Positions 1-8,176 of a DNA stretch of 64,000 nucleotides are shown here, one piece after another. Both the position numbers and the translations under genes were made by a program. Source of the DNA: Euryarchaeota archaeon UBA557 (lineage in GTDB: Archaea; Thermoplasmatota; Poseidoniia; Poseidoniales; Thalassarchaeaceae); NCBI GenBank assembly GCA_002503285.1, contig DARI01000006.1, positions 4,068 through 68,067 of the forward strand, written 5' to 3'. The notes under the pieces are model-generated. The model had not been told where the DNA came from, did not search any database, and saw only the letters and a program-made list of their open reading frames with translations. Numbering within the stretch: the stretch's first letter is position 1; every line of letters starts with the position of its first letter.

Positions 1-13
1 TGATGTTTGAATC

Positions 14-1213
14 GTGTCAAGGAACATGAAATCGGACCTACTACTCTCAAGAGCAAAAGAGATTAAGCCTTGGATTATCCAAAAACGGAGAGAAATTCAC
101 CGTCACCCTGAACTAATGTATGAAGAATTTGTAACCAGTAAATTAGTACAGGACACACTTAAAGAATTGAATATTCCTTTTCAAAAGGATATTGCAATAA
201 CCGGAGTTGTTGGAACTATAGGGAATGGAAATGGCCCTTGTGTTGCACTCAGGGCTGATATGGATGCATTGCCAATACATGAAGAAACTGATATAGAATT
301 CAAAAGTCAGATAGATGGTAAGATGCATGCTTGCGGACATGATTGTCATACCGCAATGCTACTTGGAGCGGCACGAATATTAAAAGAAAATGAAGGTAAT
401 ATTGAGGGGACCATTAAACTTATTTTTCAACCTGCAGAAGAAGGAGGGGCTGGAGGGAAAATGATGAGAGACGAGGGTGTATTGAAAAATCCAGACGTAG
501 AACAGATATTTGGATTGCATGTTAATGGGCAATTGCCTACGGGAATGTTGGCTTCAAGAGATGGGACTTTACTAGCTGCTGCAGGTTCTTTAAAAATAAT
601 AGTAAAGGGAAATGGGGGGCATGCTGCAGCGCCGCATAATACAAGAGATCCTGTAATTACAGGATCAAAAATTGTAGTAGAGTTGCAGACGATAATTTCT
701 AGAGAGTTAAATCCCCTTGAATCTGGAGTAATTAGTGTAACTATGATTAATGGAGGAGATGCATGGAATGTCATTCCATCTAAGTTGGAAATACAAGGAA
801 CGATACGATCTTTAACCCTTGAAGGTTTGAATATTTTACAGAAAAGAGTTAAGGAAATATCAGAAGCAATTGCGATAGCAAATCGTTGTGAAGCAGAAGT
901 AACATTTCCTGGTCATGATTATCCACCTACGGTAAATTCTAGTACCTGTTGGAATTTAGGTAAAAGTGTAGGTAAGGATATACTGGGAGATGATAAAGTT
1001 ATAGATATGCCTCCAATAATGGGTGGTGAAGATTTTGCATTTTATACTCAGGAAATACCTGGTTGTTTTGCATTTCTTGGAGTTAGTAATTCTGAAATTA
1101 ATGCTACTTATGATGTCCATCACCCAATGTTCAAAGTTGACGAAGAAGCGTTGCCTTTAGGGACAGCCATTCATGTAAATTGTGCATTAGAATCTTTAGA
1201 AAGATTAAGATAA
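14..1213 (+). CDS. M20D-family metallo-amidohydrolase (N-acyl-amino-acid / hippurate hydrolase-like)
   Basis: 399-aa ORF with motifs 'IHRHPELMYEE', 'ALRADMDALP', 'HACGHDCH', 'QPAEEGGAGG' and 'GGEDFAFY', typical of M20D amidohydrolases. The ORF starts with GTG at 14; the first ATG at 26 is an alternative start. Confidence 0.85.
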   Translation: MSRNMKSDLLLSRAKEIKPWIIQKRREIHRHPELMYEEFVTSKLVQDTLKELNIPFQKDIAITGVVGTIGNGNGPCVALRADMDALPIHEETDIEFKSQIDGKMHACGHDCHTAMLLGAARILKENEGNIEGTIKLIFQPAEEGGAGGKMMRDEGVLKNPDVEQIFGLHVNGQLPTGMLASRDGTLLAAAGSLKIIVKGNGGHAAAPHNTRDPVITGSKIVVELQTIISRELNPLESGVISVTMINGGDAWNVIPSKLEIQGTIRSLTLEGLNILQKRVKEISEAIAIANRCEAEVTFPGHDYPPTVNSSTCWNLGKSVGKDILGDDKVIDMPPIMGGEDFAFYTQEIPGCFAFLGVSNSEINATYDVHHPMFKVDEEALPLGTAIHVNCALESLERLR

Positions 1214-1275
1214 GTATGGAGTATTTTTATTCTCATTAACAGAGTATAAAATATCATAACATCCTGTGACTCAAT

Positions 1276-2301
1276 ATGGAAATTGGTATTGATAGTTTTG
1301 CAGCTTTAGAAATGGGTAATGTCAAGAGTTCTCCGGAAAGAAGTACGAAGTCAATAAATCAATTACTAGATAGGATTGAACATGCAGATAAAATGGGCCT
1401 AGATGTTTTTGGAATAGGTGAACATTATAGGAAGGAATTTCTAGATTCTGCCCCTCCGGTAATATTATCTGCAGCTGCAGCTCGAACAAAAAATATTCGT
1501 TTAACAAGCGCTGTGACAGTTTTGAGTGCAGCTGATCCTGTGAGAGCTTTTCAAAATTTTTCAACACTTGATTTGATCTCAGGAGGTCGTGCTGAGATGG
1601 TAGTTGGCCGAGGATCATTTACTGAATCCTTTAAATTATTTGGATTGAATATTCAAGAATATGATCAGATATTTTCAGAGAAATTAGATTTATTATTATC
1701 CATTAGAGATAATGAAAAAATTACTTGGTCGGGAAAATATAGGCCTGCATTGAATAATCAACCAGTTTACCCACGGCCGCTTCAGGATCCCTTGCCAATA
1801 TGGCTTGGAGTAGGTGGTACTCCCCAATCATTTGTTCGTGCTGGTTTACTCGGCCTACCTCTTATGATTGCAATTATTGGAGGAGAAACTCATCGTTTTA
1901 GGCCATTAGTTGATCTTTACAGGGAAGCTGGCGCAAAGGCTGGACATTCTCCCGATATGCTTAAGGTCGGAATACACTCATTAGGATATGTAGAAAAAAA
2001 TGCACAGAAAGCAAGAGATGTATATTTCCCCGGATATGCAGAGACATTTACTCGCATTGGTAGAGAAAGAGGTTGGCCCCCAGTTACAAGAAATAGATTT
2101 GATGAGCAAACTGGGCCACTTGGTGCTTATGCAATTGGAGATGCCCAAGAAGTTGCAGAAAAAATAATTCGCCATAGCGAGGCCTTAGGAGGAATAACTA
2201 GATTTTCATTTCAAATGGATAATGCTAAATTAAGTCATGAGCAATTAATGGATGCTATCGAAATAATAGGGAAAGAAGTATCTCCGATAGTAAATTCTTA
2301 G
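1276..2301 (+). CDS. LLM-class (luciferase-like) flavin-dependent oxidoreductase
   Basis: 341-aa ORF. The N-terminal 'GIDSF...LLDRIEHADKMGLDVFGIGEHY' and 'GRAEMVVGRGSF' resemble luciferase-like monooxygenase family proteins. Confidence 0.75.
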   Translation: MEIGIDSFAALEMGNVKSSPERSTKSINQLLDRIEHADKMGLDVFGIGEHYRKEFLDSAPPVILSAAAARTKNIRLTSAVTVLSAADPVRAFQNFSTLDLISGGRAEMVVGRGSFTESFKLFGLNIQEYDQIFSEKLDLLLSIRDNEKITWSGKYRPALNNQPVYPRPLQDPLPIWLGVGGTPQSFVRAGLLGLPLMIAIIGGETHRFRPLVDLYREAGAKAGHSPDMLKVGIHSLGYVEKNAQKARDVYFPGYAETFTRIGRERGWPPVTRNRFDEQTGPLGAYAIGDAQEVAEKIIRHSEALGGITRFSFQMDNAKLSHEQLMDAIEIIGKEVSPIVNS

Positions 2302-2409
2302 TATTACTTTCAAATTTATAAAAAAAAATATTATCATATCAGTTAATCTTATTTGAACGAAGTTGAGATAGCATAATTGTTTTTAGTAATGTGAGGTAAA
2401 GCAACTAGC

Positions 2410-3150
2410 ATGGCGAGCGGAGTATGGAGCATAGAACATATTCCTTTTCCGATGCCAATTAGAAATTGGTCTTTAAGACAAAATTGGATAAATTTAACAT
2501 TTTTACACTGGGAAGTTGATCCAAATAAGTTAAAAAAATATATACCAAATGATTTGGAACTTGATTTATTTAATGGAAAGGCATATGTGGGTACAATTCC
2601 ATTTACAATGGAGAATGTTAGGCCGCAATATCTGCCTTCTTTACCAATGGTTTCAACATTTCCAGAGTTCAATATTAGGATATATGTCAAAAAAAATAAT
2701 AAGTCTGGAGTGCTATTTTTGACTTTAGAAGCACATAGTCGCATCACTTGCAAATTTGCACCTTGGGCTTATGGTTTGCCATATAAATATGCTTTTGCTA
2801 AAGTCAAGGTTGGAAAGAATAATGAATATTATTGGAATTCTAAGCGTAAAGGTAATCGAATAGAATTGAAGGGTAAATCATTTGCAACGGGAAAGTTACG
2901 TACAGCTGAAAAAGGGACAATTGAAGAATTCCTATTTGAGCGATATTGCCTATATGTTAATCACAAAGGAAAGACGAAAATAGCCCACACACAGCATTCA
3001 CCATGGGAGTTTCAAGATGCTGTTGCAGAGATTGAAATTAATACTTTGACCGGTTTTTATGATTTGGGCATCGAAGATTTACATAAAGCTGACTTAGTCC
3101 ATGTTACTAAAGGAGTTAAAGTAAGAACATGGAGTTTAGAATCTACATAA
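2410..3150 (+). CDS. DUF2071 (YqjF-like) family protein
   Basis: 246-aa ORF. 'NWINLTFLHWEVDPNKLKKYIP..LELDLFNGKAYVG' matches the characteristic DUF2071 N-terminal pattern. Confidence 0.65.
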   Translation: MASGVWSIEHIPFPMPIRNWSLRQNWINLTFLHWEVDPNKLKKYIPNDLELDLFNGKAYVGTIPFTMENVRPQYLPSLPMVSTFPEFNIRIYVKKNNKSGVLFLTLEAHSRITCKFAPWAYGLPYKYAFAKVKVGKNNEYYWNSKRKGNRIELKGKSFATGKLRTAEKGTIEEFLFERYCLYVNHKGKTKIAHTQHSPWEFQDAVAEIEINTLTGFYDLGIEDLHKADLVHVTKGVKVRTWSLEST

Positions 3151-3165
3151 CAGGAGTTTGAATGG

Positions 3166-3549
3166 ATGGTGAAAGATATTTTATTAATGGATGGAGATTG
3201 TGGTCTTTGCTCAAAATTAGCCAATTTTTTACATCCTCGTTTAAGTCAAAGGAATTCGATAAAATTTTTATCAAATAGTAGTGAAGAAGGAAAATTAATT
3301 ATATCAAAATTATCTAAAAGTCAACAGGTAGCAGACACAGTATATTTAGTAAGAAATGGTAAATGTTACATCAAATCCGCTGCGGCCATCCGATGCTTAA
3401 TTTATATGAAATGGCATTATAAAATATTATTTCCAATTGCTTGGATTTGGCCTTTGCCATTAAGAAATATAATATATGTCATTATTGCTAAATATAGACA
3501 TAAATTCTTCAAAAGACCAGCTTATTGCATATTTCCCGATTTAAATTAA
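3166..3549 (+). CDS. DCC-family thiol-disulfide oxidoreductase (DUF393/YuxK-like)
   Basis: 127 aa. It has the N-terminal 'DGDCGLCS' (DxxCxxC) signature of the DCC family and lies 15 nt downstream of the DUF2071 gene. Confidence 0.7.
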   Translation: MVKDILLMDGDCGLCSKLANFLHPRLSQRNSIKFLSNSSEEGKLIISKLSKSQQVADTVYLVRNGKCYIKSAAAIRCLIYMKWHYKILFPIAWIWPLPLRNIIYVIIAKYRHKFFKRPAYCIFPDLN

Positions 3550-3556
3550 AGGATAA

Positions 3557-5575
3557 TTAGAATATTTTTAATAAATCAGAAAATATTTTTTCAGTAGGTC
3601 CGGATGATCTTGCTGCCAGTCTTCGAACTATTAATTCGGGCGTAGAACGGGCAATGTGATTCCTCTTAGGAGTTCTATCCACTATAAGGTCCATATTTTC
3701 ATCCAATCCTTGTGCTTCAATTCCATCTATCCTAACTTTATCTCCCATAATATTCCTAATAGAAGGCCCGATATGAGTTACAAGAAGTACGTTGGTATCT
3801 AAATTATTATTTGATGCAGAAAGCAATCCCCCCAAAATTAATGCAGCGGAACCAGGTTCTGTGATTGCTTCTAATTCATCAGCAAGAATTAATTTTCTCT
3901 TGTTTGAAACTAAAATTTCTGCTAGCCTCCTTAATGTCCTCTCAAGAGCACCAGCCGATTGCGTTCCTGATACCTTTGCCAACATATGAATTTCATCCAA
4001 CAAACCTATTTTGGATTCAGAAGCAGGTATTGGTAGGCCACAATGGGCAAGGATCGTAATCATTCCTAAAGTTTCTAAAAGAGTTGTTTTTCCTCCTGAA
4101 TTGGCCCCTGACAATAATGCTATTCGGTCACGATCTCCTTGAACAGATATTTCTCCCAATCCATATGTAATTGGATCCGGTTCACAGTCAAGGAGTAGGT
4201 GCCTTGCATCCTTCACCCAAATCCCGGGATGATTAGTAAAAATATTCGGGATTGTACATCTATTTTCAATTGCCCACTTTCCAATTCCTATCCACATATC
4301 AATTTCGATACAATTTGAAATAGCAATATTTGATAAATTAATAATTTTTTGAGTTGAATTTGCTAGCATAATTTCGCCCGTACTACGTTCGGTCAATATT
4401 GCTAAATCTAATTTATTTTCTATCACATCCAATATTTCACGATTTATGATACAAGGGTAATCATTAGAATATATCTCAAAGGGTATATTGATTCCAGTTT
4501 TATTTAGATAATCACTTAATCTAATCTTACCTAACTCAAGGGGTTGTTCCATCGAATTTGCAACTACCCTCTTTAATCTCATCTCTAGACTGCTGATATC
4601 TGAGTAGTACGACAATACTTCATTCCCTTCAAAGGACATTGAGGCATCTGATGTTCCCGATACTATTGCATCGTTGACTGCTCCTTCAATAGACTTTACT
4701 TCGGCCCAAAGGCCATCTCTTATTTTTTCTAATATTTCCAGTTGGTTTGATTCATTTTTCATAGATTCTAAAATCAATGGTAAATTCTCTAATCCATTGA
4801 GCGCCTCTCCTATTTTTTCTCCAATATAATTCACTGGCCACTCTATATCAGATAATTCCGATAGAATAGATAGATTTGAATAGTTTAATTTTAACCATTC
4901 CAATGGTATTTCGGGAATCATAGAATTTAATGGATCATTTATTCTAGATATAACCCATCCAGGCGGAGATTCATTTGGTGCATTCGGGCCAATCCAAGTA
5001 ACTTTATTCAACCCCAAATAATCATTCCATGTCTCATTTGGAGACCTAACAATAATCCTACATCTTTTACTAACTTGATTTAAACTATCTAAGAGTGAAG
5101 CATCTGGGATAACTATTACTCTGTCTATTCTAGTATTTGATTGAATTGTTTGAGATAACCCTGAAATAGAATTAATCCATTTTTTTTGAAAATTTAGATT
5201 ATTTGCTACGAAGCATATAGATTCTGTTGCCCAATTTTGTCTTATTTTTATTATATTTAAGCTACTCCTAGTCATTGGAGACATTATAGATAATCTACTT
5301 TTACCGGCATTTGTCTCGACATATTTAGAAATTTGTCCAATTAAATCACTGTGGAGTTTTCGACTCTCGTCAGTACAAGTAATTTCTTTTAAGTTTCCAT
5401 TCTTAGCATTTATTAATTTAACAGCCCTCTGTAATGAAATCCCATCTATACTTGATAAGGTATTAACATCACCTTCATCTAATATCCTCTCTACCTCTTC
5501 CTTAGATCCTAGTATTTCAATTAATTTATTTGCAATAGAATCTCCGACTCCCGGTAACTCAGTTAATTTTAACAT
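3557..5575 (-). CDS. MutS-related ATPase (MutS2/archaeal MutS-like, no Smr or mismatch-binding domain seen) with N-terminal helix-hairpin-helix
   Basis: 672 aa. The Walker A region 'LLSGANSGGKTTLLETLG' is followed by 'LILADELEAITEPGSA' and 'LLVTHIG', the MutS domain V layout. The N-terminus 'LTELPGVGDSIANKLIEILG' is HhH-like. Confidence 0.7.
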   Translation of the reverse strand: MLKLTELPGVGDSIANKLIEILGSKEEVERILDEGDVNTLSSIDGISLQRAVKLINAKNGNLKEITCTDESRKLHSDLIGQISKYVETNAGKSRLSIMSPMTRSSLNIIKIRQNWATESICFVANNLNFQKKWINSISGLSQTIQSNTRIDRVIVIPDASLLDSLNQVSKRCRIIVRSPNETWNDYLGLNKVTWIGPNAPNESPPGWVISRINDPLNSMIPEIPLEWLKLNYSNLSILSELSDIEWPVNYIGEKIGEALNGLENLPLILESMKNESNQLEILEKIRDGLWAEVKSIEGAVNDAIVSGTSDASMSFEGNEVLSYYSDISSLEMRLKRVVANSMEQPLELGKIRLSDYLNKTGINIPFEIYSNDYPCIINREILDVIENKLDLAILTERSTGEIMLANSTQKIINLSNIAISNCIEIDMWIGIGKWAIENRCTIPNIFTNHPGIWVKDARHLLLDCEPDPITYGLGEISVQGDRDRIALLSGANSGGKTTLLETLGMITILAHCGLPIPASESKIGLLDEIHMLAKVSGTQSAGALERTLRRLAEILVSNKRKLILADELEAITEPGSAALILGGLLSASNNNLDTNVLLVTHIGPSIRNIMGDKVRIDGIEAQGLDENMDLIVDRTPKRNHIARSTPELIVRRLAARSSGPTEKIFSDLLKIF

Positions 5576-5747
5576 ATGTCAAGTCGAACTTTGGAGGTAA
5601 TTAAGGAAAGCGGTAATAAATATGAGTAGAGATAGATAATTAGTAACTTTCAAGTTTTTCATAAATGTCAATATTTTTTAATATCATTAATTATTTAATT
5701 ATACAATTTATTCAATTAATAGATTATCACGGTATTAAAAATAGGTG

Positions 5748-5778
5748 GATGACCTCTCTCAAAAAGAGAGAGGTCATC
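5748..5778 (-). terminator. Perfect 13-bp stem / 5-nt loop hairpin 20 nt downstream of the rhodopsin stop codon
   Basis: The sequence is 'gatgacctctctc-aaaaa-gagagaggtcatc'. T-runs flank it on both strands ('tttt' on +; 'cacctattttt' on -). It is the only strong hairpin I found in an intergenic gap. Confidence 0.5.
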
Positions 5779-5797
5779 TTTTAACATATTTTTTTAA

Positions 5798-6658
5798 TTA
5801 AAAAGACATGTGTGCAGATGCTTTTCTTGCACCCATCCATGCTACTATACCGAAACCGATCTTATTTATCATGTCAGCAACGTTGTAAAGGATAGCCATT
5901 ATCTCTTGACCATCTTCACCTGCGTCTAACATTTCTGTACCTACTAAGTAACCGAGAGGATAAATGATCCAACCAACTAATATGAATGTCCTTAGAGCAT
6001 TGGTGCTCCAAACAAGTTCTTCTTTTATTTTACTATTGTCAACTCCAAGTCCATCATAAAGTCCGAACGGAAGTCCAGTTGCAACCATTATCATGGCCCA
6101 TCCAACTCCTCCAAGAATTAATCCAGCCCATGCAGGCATAGCTCCTATCTCGCCCAGGTAACCAAATGAAATCATAATTAATGCACCTGTAAAACAAACG
6201 CCTGTAAAACCGCCTATGACTGGTAACTTAGCATCAGTGATGGCTTCCTTACCAACTAATGAAGGGAACTTTAATGCCATTAACGGCACAGTTATAATCC
6301 AGTCCATATATCTGTAATCTGTGCTTACTACGCCTGTATCGATGTATACTCCCCTCATGTAGTAGTAGTGGAATGCAGCAATACCAACAATTAATGCTGA
6401 GATTGTCATTGTAGTCCTGTATTCAGGGGCTACGTTATTTCTCTCACTCATGAAAAATATGAATGCTGCTCCCATTGAGATATATCCAATGAAGAATAAG
6501 AAGAATGTAGCTCTTCCTAGATTATCACCTGCATATTGGAGTTCTGGATCAATAGTTGCTGCATTCACTGTTTGCACCACCATCAATGCCAGACCAATAA
6601 AAGTTAATACTAATGCGTTCTTTTTTAGGCTAATTTTGTTTGAGGGAATCCTCACCAT
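5798..6658 (-). CDS. Proteorhodopsin-like microbial rhodopsin (light-driven ion pump)
   Basis: 286 aa with seven hydrophobic segments. Helix C 'RYMDWIITVPLMALKF' resembles proteorhodopsin 'RYIDWLLTVPLLICEF'. 'FHYYYMRG' matches the His75 region, and 'YNVADMINKIGFG' carries the retinal Schiff-base Lys. There is an N-terminal signal-like segment. Confidence 0.9.
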   Translation of the reverse strand: MVRIPSNKISLKKNALVLTFIGLALMVVQTVNAATIDPELQYAGDNLGRATFFLFFIGYISMGAAFIFFMSERNNVAPEYRTTMTISALIVGIAAFHYYYMRGVYIDTGVVSTDYRYMDWIITVPLMALKFPSLVGKEAITDAKLPVIGGFTGVCFTGALIMISFGYLGEIGAMPAWAGLILGGVGWAMIMVATGLPFGLYDGLGVDNSKIKEELVWSTNALRTFILVGWIIYPLGYLVGTEMLDAGEDGQEIMAILYNVADMINKIGFGIVAWMGARKASAHMSF

Positions 6659-6679
6659 AGCATAACGAGTAGTATTTGG

Positions 6680-6687
6680 TTTATAAT
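6680..6687 (-). promoter_or_regulatory. Candidate archaeal TATA box for the rhodopsin gene (spacing implies a leaderless mRNA)
   Basis: On the minus strand the sequence reads 'ATTATAAA', followed by 21 nt and then the ATG at 6658. This fits a TATA element about 25 nt upstream of a transcription start at or next to the start codon. Confidence 0.3.
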
Positions 6688-6765
6688 GTCATGTTCAATG
6701 ACCTCAAATAATTTGAAGAAAGATGAACCAATGAATCTTAAGAGAAGTGGTTACACATACTGATT

Positions 6766-7398
6766 ATGGTCGAAGAAATGAGGGTTAACTACAGAGATGG
6801 AGGAAGAATAAACATACCCAATAACAATATGCCTCTTGAATTACTAATCAATTGGATAGAAGAAGCTAGAACTAAAAAATTGATTGAAGCTAATGCAATA
6901 TGCCTATCTACAATTGATGATAACGGAAATCCTCAGAGCAGAATGGTTTTAGTCAAATATATAAATAATTTTGAGATAGGCTTTTTCACCAATCTTGGCA
7001 GTAATAAAGCAAGTGAAATAAATGCAAATAAAAATGTTTCCGGAGTAATGTTTTGGCCTGAAATGGAAAGGCAGGTTAGAATAACGGGCATTGCTAGTTT
7101 GATGCCCAGAGACAAAGTATTAGATTATCATAGATCTAGGCCCAGGGAGAGTCAAATTGCAGCATTTACGTCCATGCAAAGTAGACCATTGAAGTCGTTA
7201 GACCACCTAATAAAAGAATTTCATGATACAGAACTTGAATTCAAAGATAAAGAAATACCCCTTCCGGATCATTGGGGAGGATATGTGATAAAAATAAGTT
7301 CAATAGAATATTGGTCTGGAAGACCAAGCAGGCTACATGAAAGAATGGTATTAAAAATCCAAGGTAGTGAATGGTCAGAAAGGAGATTGTATCCTTAA
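6766..7398 (+). CDS. pdxH: Pyridoxamine 5'-phosphate oxidase
   Basis: 210 aa. 'NAICLSTIDDNGNPQSRMVLVK', 'RQVRITG' and the C-terminal 'EYWSGRPSRLHERMV' are classic PdxH motifs. Confidence 0.9.
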   Translation: MVEEMRVNYRDGGRINIPNNNMPLELLINWIEEARTKKLIEANAICLSTIDDNGNPQSRMVLVKYINNFEIGFFTNLGSNKASEINANKNVSGVMFWPEMERQVRITGIASLMPRDKVLDYHRSRPRESQIAAFTSMQSRPLKSLDHLIKEFHDTELEFKDKEIPLPDHWGGYVIKISSIEYWSGRPSRLHERMVLKIQGSEWSERRLYP

Positions 7399-7565
7399 TT
7401 ATCCATCATAGCTTCAATTTCTTTAGTAGCTAAAATCAGAGTAGGTGCCCACAAACCAACAAATATTCCTAACATTTCATCCCCATGTATGAAGTACAGG
7501 TACAATGAGAAACCAACCGATAACATACTAGCCGCAAATCCTACTTTTGAAATATTTCCATTCAT
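7395..7565 (-). CDS. Small hypothetical membrane protein (56 aa), absent from the ORF track
   Basis: Hand translation gives MNGNISKVGFAASMLSVGFSLYLYFIHGDEMLGIFVGLWAPTLILATKEIEAMMDN, with two hydrophobic segments. Its stop codon overlaps the pdxH stop within 'ttaa'. The only support is an open frame plus hydrophobicity. Confidence 0.3.
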   Translation of the reverse strand: MNGNISKVGFAASMLSVGFSLYLYFIHGDEMLGIFVGLWAPTLILATKEIEAMMDN

Positions 7566-7684
7566 TCTTAATCACCTTTCACATAGCGCTAAGGTTTCCG
7601 ATTAATAATATTATGTTTTTTTAATATTAGAAATTATAATATTTTATCAATAATATTTTTATTAGTTGAATACTATCGATAGAT

Positions 7685-8161
7685 ATGGAATTTATTGACC
7701 GAGTCGGTAAAGATGTAATCGGCAAAATGATGAACATTCCCGAACTAAAAGATTTTCAAGTTGATGAATTGGAGAAAATTACTTTAGGAAAGTTGCGTAA
7801 AAATAACAGAACTATGATGGGTTGTTGCAGATTTAAGAAAAATAGTAGATGGGTGCGAAAAAATAGCAAAGGAGATATTATAGCAAGAGGTAAGGATTTT
7901 TGGCCATATGCCAATACTCTTGGACCCAGTGATGTAAGAAGAATAGATTTACATCCAGACTTGCTCCATTATAAATGGGAACGATTAGCAGCAAGTGTAC
8001 TTTATCATGAATATTTGCATGCACTTGGATTTAGGCATTGCTCAACATTTAGAAAATTGGAATCGTTGTGGCCCGATAAAGATGCAGTTTTGGGAACTAG
8101 ATTAGTTAAATTGAAGTCTCCAATGTATAATTCATGGATAAACAGATTATTGGAAAATTAA
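7685..8161 (+). CDS. Putative zinc metallopeptidase, SprT/DUF45 (YgjP)-like
   Basis: 158 aa. 'LYHEYLHALGFRHCSTFRKLESLWP' fits the HExxH-x5-H..F..L....P pattern of DUF45/SprT-like metal hydrolases. The rest of the protein is unrecognised. Confidence 0.45.
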   Translation: MEFIDRVGKDVIGKMMNIPELKDFQVDELEKITLGKLRKNNRTMMGCCRFKKNSRWVRKNSKGDIIARGKDFWPYANTLGPSDVRRIDLHPDLLHYKWERLAASVLYHEYLHALGFRHCSTFRKLESLWPDKDAVLGTRLVKLKSPMYNSWINRLLEN

Positions 8162-8176
8162 AAAAATATGCAAAAA

